DNA of 63,977 nt, filler included, from Reticulomyxa filosa (taxonomy: Eukaryota; Protista; Foraminifera): NCBI GenBank assembly GCA_000512085.1. It is 19 parts of 19 records of this genome, joined end to end, with 100 filler letters (N's around TTAATTAATTAA, not from the genome) between each part and the next. Parts side by side here need not be neighbours in the genome. Positions count along the whole stretch, not along the records: positions 32,046 to 36,756 come from ASPP01001817.1; positions 36,857 to 39,714 come from ASPP01049646.1; positions 39,815 to 42,272 come from ASPP01005255.1; positions 42,373 to 43,820 come from ASPP01035415.1; positions 43,921 to 45,380 come from ASPP01004638.1; positions 45,481 to 47,194 come from ASPP01012661.1; positions 47,295 to 49,116 come from ASPP01022627.1; 12 more parts are not named here. One strand, 5' to 3'. The position numbers were made by a program, and so were the translations under genes. The notes under the pieces are model-generated. The model did no database searches. It had not been told where the DNA came from and saw nothing but the letters and a program-made list of their open reading frames with translations. This document shows, in pieces, positions 34,989-47,518 of this stretch. Within the stretch, counting starts at the first letter, position 1, and each line of letters begins with the position of its first letter.

Positions 34989-36720
34989 CTATTTGAGCAC
35001 GAATTTTTTCAGTTGTAAAACCCAATCAACACACTCTTCAAATGAATCACATTTGAACAAATATCTTGTGGGATTTCCTGTCAAAGACCAATAGCTAGTG
35101 TTTGGGACTATAACTTCAAACGTAAACATTGTTTTGTGACTGCTTTCATCTTTTTCATTTCCACGTCTACACTCGACAAAGGGATTGACACCATGGGTTT
35201 CAAGTCCTGAATGAAGAGAGAAGGGGGGGGGGGGGGGGGTAAAAGAAAAAAAAAAAAAAAAGCAAAACCAACTTACATATAATGACATAGACATATAAAT
35301 ATCGAGCAATGAAATACCTGTTTTGTTTGAAACAAGTGAAAGAACCCAAATTTGGTAATAATAGCAAAGAGAGGTTTCCAATTGGCAGCAATAATGCGGC
35401 CCGGCCGATACAGCATCCCCCATCGGACAACGTCTTTGAAGATCATATTGGAAATTTCCAGAGTTTTCTTGGAAAACTGATGAGTGCCAATATCAAAGAT
35501 ATTTTTGACATTGGGTAGAGGATGATCAGTGTTGTCTCTGTCGCGAATAGGATTGGAATCACCCAACAAAGTGGTAGTGGTAGCAGTAGTGGTAGTGGTA
35601 GTGTGTTTGTGTTTGTGTTTGTAGTAATAGTATTAGCAGTATCAATACGTTTTGCATTTTTCTCCAAATCGGCAATGAGAAACTCTCCATGATGAATAAA
35701 CTCATTGACATCGCGTTCGCGATCGATTGCTTTGATATATTCCAACGACGCCTCCAACATTTTGACACAATTGACAGCCTTGGACTTTTCCGCCGAGAAA
35801 TAGTCCAGCAAAGTGGTCTTCATGTTTTCGACACGTCGATCGTCGGTCAACACAAGCTCACGAAATAAGCGTGCCATTTCTTCATTGTATTTGTTCTGAT
35901 AATGCGCATATTCTTTTTGTGCATGGTCAAACTCTTTCCCAAACAAAAAAGGGTCTGTCATCGCCATCTCGCCTTTGTTCTGTTGTTCCAATGTGTCTTG
36001 CAACGACCTTTCGTACACTTGCCAACTCGTCTCGTAATTATCGCGACTCTGCTGCAAGTCGCTTGTCACGCGACCGCCGACCGACTTAAAGTATTGCAAT
36101 TGGCTTTTCAAATTGCTGCTAAACTTACTCATGCTTTCCACTGCAGGTTGGAACACCCGTTTGTATACGTCCTCGTATTGCTTGTATCGATTTGTTTGCA
36201 AGCTCTCAATTGCAACTGCAGCTTCCCGTACTGTTCTAAAAAATACAAGAAATTTTTAGAAATTTCTGGGTATTATATATATACATATATATATACCCCG
36301 TTTCTGATGCTGCAAACGACTTGATTTGATGCAATCCTTCTTCATACCCTTTCTGCAGCTTGACAATCGTGGCCATGTACTTTTGCAATTCTGCCGACGT
36401 TTGATACATACTTTCAACCCGTTTTTCCATTAGCTGATATTTCGTTTCTCGCTTTCGCCATTCGACGTGATCCTGTTCATGCAGCCGGGTTGTCATCTGT
36501 CTTTGCTGAGTCAGCAAATTCATTCGGTCGCCCTGCAGCTCCAGCCATTGTCGTCGTATGCTTTCCACTTGTGCCGCCGCTGCTGCTGCTACTTCTGCTG
36601 CTGCTGCTTTCTCTTTCTCGTCATGCTCTTCCTCTCTGTCCTTGCTCTTCATTTGTTTCTCGTCCTTTTTATCTTTCTCTTCTGATGTCACCACTTTCAT
36701 TTCTTTGTCAACTAATGTCC
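34989..36720 (-). CDS. BAR/F-BAR coiled-coil + C-terminal PH domain protein (5' truncated)
   Basis: Long helical region (YMATIVKLQKGYEEGL.., YNEEMARLFREL..DDRRVENMKTTLLDY) followed by a PH domain VVRWGMLYRPGRIIAANWKPLFAIITKFGFFHLF..YLFKCDSFEECVDWVLQL. Confidence 0.75.
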
Positions 36721-36724
36721 AATC

Positions 36725-36755
<31 letters not shown>

Positions 36756-37748
36756 TNNNNNNNNNNNNNNNNNNNNNNNNNNNNNNNNNNNNNNNNNNNN
36801 TTAATTAATTAANNNNNNNNNNNNNNNNNNNNNNNNNNNNNNNNNNNNNNNNNNNNACCTCTCCCTGCCCATTGGCGTCTGCCTGGATTAACAGCGATCT
36901 ATAATAAGAGTTTTTTTCCAGACGTTGACAATATCATTTTCTTTTTTTTGCTTTGACATGTCTTTTTTTATCTTCTTGTCGGTATTGGCCCTTCGTTTTG
37001 TCATTGTGTTATTTTAAAGTCTGTAGAGTTAGTGATATGACCTTCAACAAATCAAGACAAATAACATACCTACTTTTGTTCGACATTGCACTTGGTCATT
37101 TTAGTTTTCTTTGAAAAGTCTTTTTAATAAAAAAGAATGCTTGCTAAAAGCACCAGTGTTGTAAAAGACTACATTCTACTTCAGGTATGCAAGCACGAAA
37201 TAGACAGCTCTTTGTTGTTTGTTACTAAAACACAAACATTACAAAAACAAAAATAAAAAAAATTGAACTACATCCCCCCATCTAACGTTTTTTACAAAAA
37301 AAAAAGTGGTTAATTTTTTGAAAACAGGCTCAAAAAAAATAAAAAATGACCCACAAATAGGAAAAATGATCCAAATCGAAAAAAAGCAAGAACGTCTCGT
37401 ATTAATAAATAATATCATTTTTCATTTTTTTATGACAAAAAAATTGATGTGCTATTTGACCAGTACATAATTAAACGATGACTATCATTTTCTTTTACTT
37501 TCAAAATTTTTATTTTCAATACAAATTAACAAATTTGTTGTCATTAACAACGGTAAAAAGTACTAAACAAAACTAAATACAAGCAATTTTTTAAGCAGCC
37601 TTGCAAACAGGGCTGTTATCATAACAAACAAAACCACAATTATCAATCCAAATGAACGATACGTACTTTTTTAAACCGAACAATCTAAGTATGTAAAGCA
37701 CAGCACGTAAAAAAAAAGAACTTCGGATAATCATTGTAAAATAAAAAA

Positions 37749-38987
37749 ATGCCAGACAAAGTCCATAGCCAACAAGTGATGTCCAAACTAGCTACTCTAA
37801 CAGAGCTTCTAGAGCAAGATGACGATGATGAGAGCCTAGGAGATGTGAGAGACGAAGATTACGAGCCTGAAACGTCAGAAGAGAACGAAGAGCACGTATT
37901 TGATGAAGTGGAAAAGATAAAAAAAGAAGTGGTAGGCGTGAAAAAAGAAAGAACAAAGACAAGCAAAAAACGCAATAATGGGAAGGATAAAATGTTGGAG
38001 ATGATAGATCGTGTAATGTTGGAGAAGCAATCGAGTTCAACGCACACAAACAAGCCATTGACAAGAGCAGAGCACTTGCTTGAAATGCAATATAAAATAA
38101 TCGACGAACAAATTCAAAGGATGTGCGACAGAGCATCAGAGATCCGTAAAGAAAGGATGATAAAATCAAAGGCAACAGCAAAAGTAATGAGAGAAAGTGA
38201 AGAGCAAGTCAGTGAGCAAACAAAAATAAAAAAACACAAAGAAATGGACATGCTTATCAGTGATGAAATGTTATCTCAAAAAGATTGCATCGATGTCATG
38301 GCTGACAATTCCATTTTAAATAAAAAACAAAGTGAAATGCTTCAAACCAAATTGAAACGTGAATTAATACATAAGCATGACAATTCATCAATGTCAATGC
38401 CAACATCGATATCGACAATGACACATAAAACAAGCAATACACAAGGCACAAAAACAATAGGCGAAAAGCGCAAGCACGTGTGGGCGGTGAACTCATATCA
38501 AAAGGTGTGCAAACGTGCGCGATTGACGAATACTAATCAAATGAGCAATGACAGTTTGGTTGGTGGACTGAACGATGATTTGATGAATCAGGATCAATTG
38601 ATGCCTGCTGCAATCGAAAACAGAAGACACGACGAGGCTATACCTAATATCAAAGGAAACAAAGACGACGATCCCAATCTCTTTGATGTTCAAATCTCAG
38701 ATGATGAATCAAATCGTGAAAGTTGCCATATTTATGTGGGCGGATTGCATCCCGATATCACTGAAGACGACCTCCGCAAATTCTTTGCACACTGCGGCAC
38801 ACTCAAATCAGTGCGCATTGATTGGAGGAGAAAAGGCTATGGATTTATCACTTTTGGCAACCATAGTGATGCTCGCAATGCCATAATTGATATGAACGCC
38901 AGAATTCTTCGTGGACAGCCTATCAAAGTTAAATGGGCCAGGTCTAGGCATCAAGCTAATGCCGCCCCTCCTTCAGATAAATCTTAA
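37749..38987 (+). CDS. RNA-binding protein with a single C-terminal RRM
   Basis: Intronless 412-aa ORF; RNP2 IYVGGL, RNP1 KGYGFITF, LRGQPIKVKWA. Confidence 0.88.
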   Translation: MPDKVHSQQVMSKLATLTELLEQDDDDESLGDVRDEDYEPETSEENEEHVFDEVEKIKKEVVGVKKERTKTSKKRNNGKDKMLEMIDRVMLEKQSSSTHTNKPLTRAEHLLEMQYKIIDEQIQRMCDRASEIRKERMIKSKATAKVMRESEEQVSEQTKIKKHKEMDMLISDEMLSQKDCIDVMADNSILNKKQSEMLQTKLKRELIHKHDNSSMSMPTSISTMTHKTSNTQGTKTIGEKRKHVWAVNSYQKVCKRARLTNTNQMSNDSLVGGLNDDLMNQDQLMPAAIENRRHDEAIPNIKGNKDDDPNLFDVQISDDESNRESCHIYVGGLHPDITEDDLRKFFAHCGTLKSVRIDWRRKGYGFITFGNHSDARNAIIDMNARILRGQPIKVKWARSRHQANAAPPSDKS

Positions 38988-39814
38988 TTTTTTTTTTGTT
39001 TTGCATTGTCTTATTTTAAACTTCTTTTTAGCATTCGTAATCAATTTTTCTTTCCGGTTATATACTTTAACTTTATTCGCATACATTCTTTTGAAATGTC
39101 TTTTTTTGATCAAAGAAAAATCGGTATTACACAAGAGTTTTTCGTTCTTGATTTCTCCCTCCAACATTATCAATTTCATAAAAAACTGATTTTCAATCGA
39201 TTAGAAGCAATATCATGTCACTTGCACTCTTATCCGGAACATGTTGCAATCTCTTCCTGGACTTAGTTCAATCTCTCGTAACTTCTCCAAGACGGCAAGC
39301 TCTAAGATGTACAACATGTATTAAATATGGAATCTCTAAATGATCTTCAATTTACATCCAAGAAAGTTACGCGCTCAAATACATTCAATAATTGCGCATA
39401 ATAAAATTTTATGTGGTAATAAATACACAAGATGTTGTATTTCGATTAGATGATAAATGAAAAAAAAACTAAATGTAATTGGAAGAGCAATTATGAAATG
39501 TTACTGATAAAAAGAATGACATACAACTTGCATCAGCTACAATACGTTGATATTTTATTATATTAGATATAGTTTTTGGACTACGTTACAATACATCAAG
39601 CAGTTTGCACGTTCGGACACAATTAAACTTGTATCGTCTTCTTTTTCATAACTTCACGACATATCTGTAGTTGCTGATTATTTATATCGAAGGAAATATT
39701 ATATCTATCTATCTNNNNNNNNNNNNNNNNNNNNNNNNNNNNNNNNNNNNNNNNNNNNTTAATTAATTAANNNNNNNNNNNNNNNNNNNNNNNNNNNNNN
39801 NNNNNNNNNNNNNN

Positions 39815-40403
39815 TTCACTGGATATCTTTTACTCCCACACAATGTTGTATGCTCCAAAATATGAGCAACTCCTGTACTGTCTTGTGGAATCGTTCGCAG
39901 TGCGATTGCAAACGCATTGTTTGTGTCACTCGTGTCCAAGTGGATATAACGAGTTCCAAGTTTTTCATGACGAAACTTTTTTTTTTTTTTTTTTTTTTTT
40001 AGTATACATATACATATTTTTTAAAATAAGTTTATAACCAGAAATTTCCTTCCATTTCTTGACCTCTCAAATGTAAGCTGACCTGATAAACGGTGCATTC
40101 GTAACCTGGCAATGGGGTTATCGCCTCAACTACAAATCCTCCTTCAGTTTTCGATCCAACCTTATATTGCAGTAACAAGTCTTTTCGATCTTTCCCACGA
40201 ACAGACAATACCCTCTTTTGCTCAGTACAAACGGTTTGGACTTTGCTGTCTTGCCCCACAAAACGTTGGTGAGAGTGTACAACTCGGGTCTTTGTGGAAA
40301 AAGGCTTTAGCAAACACTTTCGTGAGGTCAAACATAAAAATCTTTTTCCCAAAAGTTGTTGATATCCATTATCTAAAAAAAGTCTATTGAATACTCTCAT
40401 CAA
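39815..40403 (-). CDS. PITRM1: Mitochondrial presequence protease (M16C, PreP/Cym1), 5' part
   Basis: Presequence, [11 protein letters not shown]; exon 39815-39970 [47 protein letters not shown] carries the HxxEH zinc motif. Confidence 0.93.
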
Positions 40404-40857
40404 CGACTCGCCTTTGTTGGGAGCTCTTTTTTTTGTTGTTTTTTATTTGTTTAAGAAATATTGCTTCCACCTAGAAGTAAGGTGCTTACACTTAAACGTG
40501 CAAAAATGATGCACAAACAAACAAGTTTCATCCTGTTACAAATGACTCATTTGAAAAATAATTAATAACTTGACATTTACTTATGCGTTATTCCACTGTT
40601 TTGGGCAACAGAAATACTTTCGTTTGCTGCTATTTATTAATTATTAATTTTAAACAAGTTGGAAGTTTTAAAATTGATTACTATTAGAATGAGAAAAAGT
40701 TGCAGTGTAAGCAAAAATGGATAACACTCGAACGCTACATCTAGAAAGAGTTTTGAAGCACTTCTTTTCTTTTTTTTTTTTTTTGCTGTTGCTTTTAACA
40801 TTTTTTTTGTGTCCCTCTTTGATCACCAAAGTTTTTCCTGAATCCAAACCAATTCAG

Positions 40858-41607
40858 ATGGATTTTTCAGATTGGCCATTAATTTCAGGCATGTGTCCCT
40901 CAGAGCTTGGCATGGATGATCAATACACAGCCCGTAACAGCTGCCTGGCATTACCAGACAGTGGGTTTAACCTTGGAATGAACAGCGGAGAAAAGGTGTT
41001 TGTGAACGACCCTGTACATATAGATCACAAGATGAAAACGGATTGGGTTCCAAGCATGACGTCTTCGCGTCTTGCACATGTTCACGCCCATGCCCTGCAC
41101 CAATATCAGTATCCATGCCAGTGCCAGTGTCAGTGTCAGTGTCACTGTCTAAATACAAAGATGAGTTGCAATGACAACAGCAACAGCAACAGCAACAACA
41201 ACAATAACGACAACAATAACAACAGCAATTACGAAAATGCAAAGATGGCAAATGTATGGATGAATGGCTATGAGAACATGAAGACGAATGAATTGCTTCG
41301 ATGTTTGGAATGGAGGAAAACAGATCCACTAATGAACATAAACATGGCACCAGAGATCCGTGGGATAAATTCAAGCTGCACAAGACATGGCAGTCATAAT
41401 GTCAGCTTTGTGGACACAAATATGGGTATGAATATAAATTTGAATAGTCAATTTTCACAAGCCCTTATGGCCAATACCAACAATCCATATTTTTTCAATC
41501 CCTTTGGAATGGCACCGTTATCTCCGTCCGAACAACATTCCACTACGCCAATTAGCAGCAACAGCAACAGTAACAATAGCAGCAATGATAACAACAATAA
41601 CAATAAC

Positions 41608-41662
<55 letters not shown>

Positions 41663-42272
41663 GTGACAATAGCTATAGCAATAGCAATCATGCCAATAAC
41701 ATGAGTAATTGGAACATGTTCGAAAATTGCCAATCTTATCTGCAAGCATTTGTGTCACCAGTACGCAATCTCGATCTGCCATTGTTCAATACCACTCAGC
41801 CCAAGCTCGACTTCGATCCATGCATCCCTCAGCAGCAATTCACTGCATATAATACTCACTTTCCCGAAAATGATGACCGTTCTATGTACCCCTGTTCCTT
41901 TGCTTCTGTCAATGACAATGTTTTGTTGTACAAATCAATTAACTTAAAAAACCAAAAAAAAAACATATTCTTTTTGTTATTGTTATAACATGCATATTGA
42001 ATATGAGGCATGACTGCATTAAGATTTAAACACGCAGAGACCGGAATGTCTTGTGTGTGTGTGTGTTGAATGGGGGGAAGATAGGTGAAGACATGTCATT
42101 GGCAAATGGAAAGTGCAAGTAAGGAGCATTCATCACAGAAGGAAAAGGAAATCAAAGAAAATGAAACCAAGCGCAAACGAGGAAGACCAAAGAGTATGAA
42201 TCTTTGTAAAGTTCCTGTTCAAAGATCAAAAGACAGGTCACTAAAAAAAAAAAAAAATCCTTTCCACAATGC
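40858..42272 (+). CDS. Asn-rich low-complexity protein with an AT-hook (putative transcription regulator), truncated
   Basis: Long ORF with poly-N and (CQ)n tracts; downstream exon KRKRGRPKS at about 42169-42195. Start is uncertain. Confidence 0.55.
41590..41662 (+). repeat. (AAC/AAT)n trinucleotide microsatellite encoding poly-Asn
   Basis: Directly visible. Confidence 0.95.
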
Positions 42273-42372
42273 NNNNNNNNNNNNNNNNNNNNNNNNNNNN
42301 NNNNNNNNNNNNNNNNTTAATTAATTAANNNNNNNNNNNNNNNNNNNNNNNNNNNNNNNNNNNNNNNNNNNN

Positions 42373-42594
42373 AATGTGATATGTTCTGGATCAAATGATA
42401 ATACAATTCGATTTTGGGATATTCGATCAAGTAAAAATGAATTGCATATGATCAAAGGAGATGGGAATGAAGATTATGGAATATTATATCTTATATTTAT
42501 TGAATTGAAAAAGAAAGCTAATTCAAAGAATATCACATATGATTTGAAATTGTGTTATGGTTCAGTCAGCGGTCCCATTCGTATTTGGGGATAA
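42373..42594 (+). CDS. C-terminal fragment of a lineage-family WD40 protein
   Basis: ICSGSNDNTIRFWDIRS..LCYGSVSGPIRIWG*. Confidence 0.85.
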   Translation, partial: NVICSGSNDNTIRFWDIRSSKNELHMIKGDGNEDYGILYLIFIELKKKANSKNITYDLKLCYGSVSGPIRIWG

Positions 42595-42899
42595 TTTATT
42601 GTTTTGTCGAATAAGAAATGAAAGTGTCTTTTCTTTGAAAATATTGATTGAAAGAAAGTAATGTGATGTTAGACTTGTTTGATTTGATTGAATGCAAGCA
42701 TTGAAAGAAGTTTTCCATTTTACTTTGCTGTTTAAAAAAATTTAGAAAGCTGCGTTCAATATCTTTTAAAAAATTGAAAAGCATAATTAATGAAAATTGT
42801 ATCCAAATAGTAAAATAAATTGCAAGATTTTTAAGTATTGTGTTTTCTTCAATACTAATTTTTTAGATTGTTTTGTATGTATCGAACACGCAAAACAGG

Positions 42900-43700
42900 A
42901 TAAAGTTAAAAAGACAACAAGGTGCATTATCAAAACAGTATTTTCTTTTGCAATCCAAACCCAACATGTATGTCCTTTGAACACTTGAATTTTTTGATCA
43001 GATCGAATATCTACAAACAAAGACTGAAATCATATAAACCATATAATATTGTATTTTAATTCATTTGGGCCATATTTTACACCCAAAATGAATGATTTTA
43101 TCGTGTGGTGAATAGCAAGTAATATTTTGAGGATGATCAGTAATGATATGGTGCAAATTTGTTGTTATCAATATCCCATACACGAACTGTATTAATTTCA
43201 ATACTTGTATCTTCAGTGAATGCTTTAAGTAATTTAGAAGACGAATGAAAGGGATTGAATAGTCTGTGTCAAACAGTGACTATAGAAAAACATTTGAATT
43301 TCCGTACTTAGAAAAGCAAAAAGTGAACTTGAAGAAAATATTCAAGTGTTTAGACGTCAAAGTTCAAGAATAATAAAAATTTTATTTGTGTGAATGTTAA
43401 TCATCTCCAAATTCGAATAGTGCAATCAGTAGAGCCTGATGCAATTGTATTTTCATTTTGAGATACTCACGGCTTGGGAATATCCTTCCAATATTTGTGT
43501 TCTCTTCACTGATTCTACTTTCCATAATCGAATTGTATTATCCAATGAACAAGAAATAATAAATTTACCATCACACAATTAGAATATCTTTTGAATTATT
43601 TCCACAAATTAGTTGTTTTATCACTTGATGATGATACAACAGTTTTACCATTTGATGAAAATTGTGTACTCAACACATCTTTTGAATTGTTTTATTCATC
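42900..43700 (-). pseudogene. Two adjacent degenerate WD40 gene remnants
   Basis: 43700-43400: STQFSSNGKTVVSSSSDK, DGKFIISCSLDNTIRLWKVES, TIASGSTDCTIRIWR*. 43290-42940: PFHSSSKLLKAFTED, TVRVWDIDNNK, DIRSDQKIQVFKGHTCWVW. Many frame breaks. Confidence 0.8.
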
Positions 43701-44099
43701 TTCACTATCCATGTAATTTGTTTTCATCTGCAGTAAGAAATATTTTTGATTTTGTAAACAAAATTTTACGTTCACGTTTGAATATTGCACTTGATCTTCT
43801 CATAGAAAGATGAAAATGTANNNNNNNNNNNNNNNNNNNNNNNNNNNNNNNNNNNNNNNNNNNNTTAATTAATTAANNNNNNNNNNNNNNNNNNNNNNNN
43901 NNNNNNNNNNNNNNNNNNNNATGAACAAATAAATTTATTAGAGAAATGACGAACGCGTGCGTTGTAGTGCGGTTTCCATGATTCGACGATATATTGGGTT
44001 TTCAGCAGCAACAATTCGACCATGAGATTGCCAGTTTTATTTTCATTTACTGCAGCCATCGATATTGCTACTGCTGACGTTGCTGTTACTATTGATATT

Positions 44100-45060
44100 T
44101 CGCTGGGGACTTGCTGCAGCACCAATAACAATGTATACAGCAAAGACGTGTCCATTTGAATTCCAAAACTTCGTTGATATACCTTGGAATATCTATTACA
44201 ATATTTTAAGCAACACATGTCACATAAATATAAACAAATAATTAATATACGTATAAAGATATTGTGTTGCTATTAGTTATTAAATACGTACACATATATA
44301 AAAAAAAAACTTTTTCCAAACACGATTAAACGACATGTAACAGGAACTTGGAATAGGTGCACATAAATGACCAACCAAGATCATGTAGAAAGGAAGGTTC
44401 CACTGCTAACATTAAATATGTCCACATATCTACTCAGCAGGGCCCGCCATCAACACAATGTAAACAGCAAAACGTGTCCATTTGTATTCCAACACTTTAT
44501 TAGCATCTTTAAATGTCTAATCAAAAATTTCGAGCAACACATATCACATACACATAAATAAATAGTCAATGTACGTATAAAGATGTTGCTGTTATTTATT
44601 GAATATGTACATATATGAAAAAAAATGTATATGTATAAAACTTTTTTGAGCAATGGACCGAAGCACGATTATATCGTCAGGTAGCTGGAAAGGGACAGGC
44701 GCACAAACGATCGACCAAATAACAGCAACGGGGTCTTGCGAATGCGCACTTCTATTTCAATGACCATTGTTCCCGTCAATTATTTCGTTCTTTTAGGACG
44801 GCTGACGGACTCGGGAGAAATTGGTATAATTGAAAAGCTCGTCCCCTAGAGCTACCATTTTGTTGAGTGGCGATCTTGTCAATGGTACAACATCCACTTT
44901 TCGAATCCTAGTGCTTCGACTTTTGGTAACCAAACAACTCATGCTATCCACAGCAACTACGTTTTTGAGATGAGAGAGTGGAAGAGAGGGCTCGACTGCT
45001 GATATAAATGTTGTCCACACGTACATCCAGCAGGGGCCCAGCACCACCAACACATTACCA
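44100..45060 (-). repeat. Diverged tandem duplication (about 330-bp unit plus a third partial copy), probable pseudogene fragments
   Basis: 44110-44385 resembles 44435-44730 (ACAATGTA.ACAGCAAA.ACGTGTCCATTTG.ATTCCAA; ACACAT.TCACATA..ACGTATAAAGAT). 44395-44460 resembles 44990-45057. Confidence 0.65.
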
Positions 45061-45480
45061 ATACCCAAAATTTTTTTTTCTTGACTTGATAAAGAATGGA
45101 GCGAATTTTGAATCGTTGATCAAATTAACGACTGGCACGACGTTTTTATTGTTTGTAACAAATGACAATAGCATTAACTCCAGCGAACTCTGGATCAAAT
45201 CATGAAATACAGCAACGGCACCCAAATATTGGCGCACAAAACCCAGACCAATGATGTAAACAATTGACAATGAGTAAAAGAGAGAACGGACTGCATTTCA
45301 TCGTTGTCGTCATTGGACTGAGCTTGACATTAACATCCGTGCAGCAACTTCCATTGGTAGAGGAGCGGAGGGGCGCACTANNNNNNNNNNNNNNNNNNNN
45401 NNNNNNNNNNNNNNNNNNNNNNNNTTAATTAATTAANNNNNNNNNNNNNNNNNNNNNNNNNNNNNNNNNNNNNNNNNNNN

Positions 45481-45515
<35 letters not shown>

Positions 45516-46594
45516 TTTTTTTGTCGAGGGGAAAACAACTTTCACAGCAGCAAGGGGAACATGCAATTTCGAACATTTGTGCAGTGTTGTGCAATCGTTT
45601 CCCCAACAAATATCTGATTTCTGTTAATTGTTATTGTTATTGTCATTGTCATTGTCATTGTTGATGTGCTTAGTAACGCTTCTTTGTAATGGATGAAAGA
45701 ATAGACACAATAGAAACATTCGGAAATTGATTGGTTCTAAATTCAATATACCTCAATGTTACAAGCAATTGTATCGGTTGATCGCTGTACATTTATTATA
45801 TTGTTTACACTGTTTTCACTCGATACGTACACTGTTTTGGATTTTACTATAACTGAATAGTAAACGAAAGGGGTACTTTCAAAATCAAAGTCCTGCATAG
45901 GAAATTGCTCTTTGAAGCGTTCTTTCCAGAGTTTATTCACTTCATGAGTTTTCAAAACACATAGATTCGGCAAATTTATTGACGAATTTAAGAATATGCA
46001 AACAAGTTGAAATCTCAATTGATTTTGAGTGGTTAGTGATGACATTTTTTTTTTTATGTATTGGTCCCATTTTTTCTCGACTAAAAAAAAACATTTTGAA
46101 AAACATAAGTAGATAAAGAATTAATAAGAAGTCATTCTTCAAAATCAGGAAATAAACAAAATACAGTAATTTTTAAAAATAACAAATCCATTATACCTTT
46201 TTATAAACACAACCAATTTTCTCCATGAAAAACAAACATTAAATACGATTTTTTTTCCTTAATTAATTAGTTTTTGCGTGTATTTTTTTTAGAAGCTGTA
46301 ACGCTTAAATCACATGTTTATCAAAAATCTGACATTTTGTCATCAATACAGTAGCTGACAGAATAGACGTAAATGTTAAATGATTATTTTCTCCATAAAA
46401 ATAAACGCATTAAAATTGTTTAAATATTTCCACTTAGGATGATCGAAGGAAAATTAAAATTGCGCATGATCAATATAAATAAAATTTCAATTTTTGCTCG
46501 CCCTGAAAGGTTTTTTTAAACTTTTGGAAACTTTGAATATACTTAAAAGACTCTATAAAATATTGCATATTTATATTTATATAACTCGTTTCAG

Positions 46595-47150
46595 ATGGAG
46601 CCAATAACGCCAAAAGGACTAAGTATTTTTGTCACGGGAAGTACTGGTAAAACGGGTAAACATATCGTGCAGCAACTGCTTGAACGGGAAGATGTGTGTC
46701 AGATATATGTATGCGTCCGCAGCCCGGAAAAATTTGGGAAACTATTTCCAAACCTACGCAGCGACCCTGCCTGGTACTGACAAGCATAGATCTGAGCAAG
46801 GAATCGACCTATCCAACGTCATTTAAAAAGATTGACGCCGTAATCTTGGCGCACAAAGCCAGAGAGTTTGTTAGCCCACTGCGTCTGTTGAGGATAATAT
46901 GTGGACAATTTTGGGACCAACACCCGTACTTTGTGGAATACCAATGTTTGAAAAGCTTTATAAAAATCGCGGAAATGTCCAACCCCAGTGTCAAGTTTGT
47001 GGTTTGTTCGCCGAGAGGAGTACTCCACCCGTGGTGGTTCATGTCGTTGTTAACAAACTTTATGTATTGTGGGATGCTCAAGTATAAGCATTTGGGAATT
47101 CAATATTTGCGAGACTCTAAACTGAATTACACTATTATAATGCCGTCAGG
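46595..47150 (+). CDS. Atypical SDR / NAD(P)H-binding Rossmann protein (NmrA/TIC62-like), frameshift near 46770, truncated
   Basis: IFVTGSTGKTGKHIVQQLL..VCVRSPEK; IDAVIL; YKHLGIQYLRDSKLNYTIIMP. Confidence 0.8.
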
Positions 47151-47474
47151 TTTTAAAAAAAAAAAAAAAAAAAAAAATTGTTTTTTTTTTTTTTNNNNNN
47201 NNNNNNNNNNNNNNNNNNNNNNNNNNNNNNNNNNNNNNTTAATTAATTAANNNNNNNNNNNNNNNNNNNNNNNNNNNNNNNNNNNNNNNNNNNNTTTTTA
47301 AAAAAAAAGGATACGTTAATTGCATGTGCAAAAGAAGGAGAGGATGAACGTGCATGTACACACAACGTGCGAACATGCGCATGTAAATGTCCCCCCTCCT
47401 CCCCACGCAATTACGCAAGATATCCTCCTCGTTTTTTTTTTTTTTTTTTTTAAGTCAAAGCAAGTTACATATAC

Positions 47475-47506
<32 letters not shown>

Positions 47507-47518
47507 GTATATGTAACT

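Noticed and set aside
46760-46785. Programmed frameshift in the SDR gene (likewise Hook near 50320)
   Set aside because: No slippery heptamer; isolated indels fit the error pattern of this assembly.
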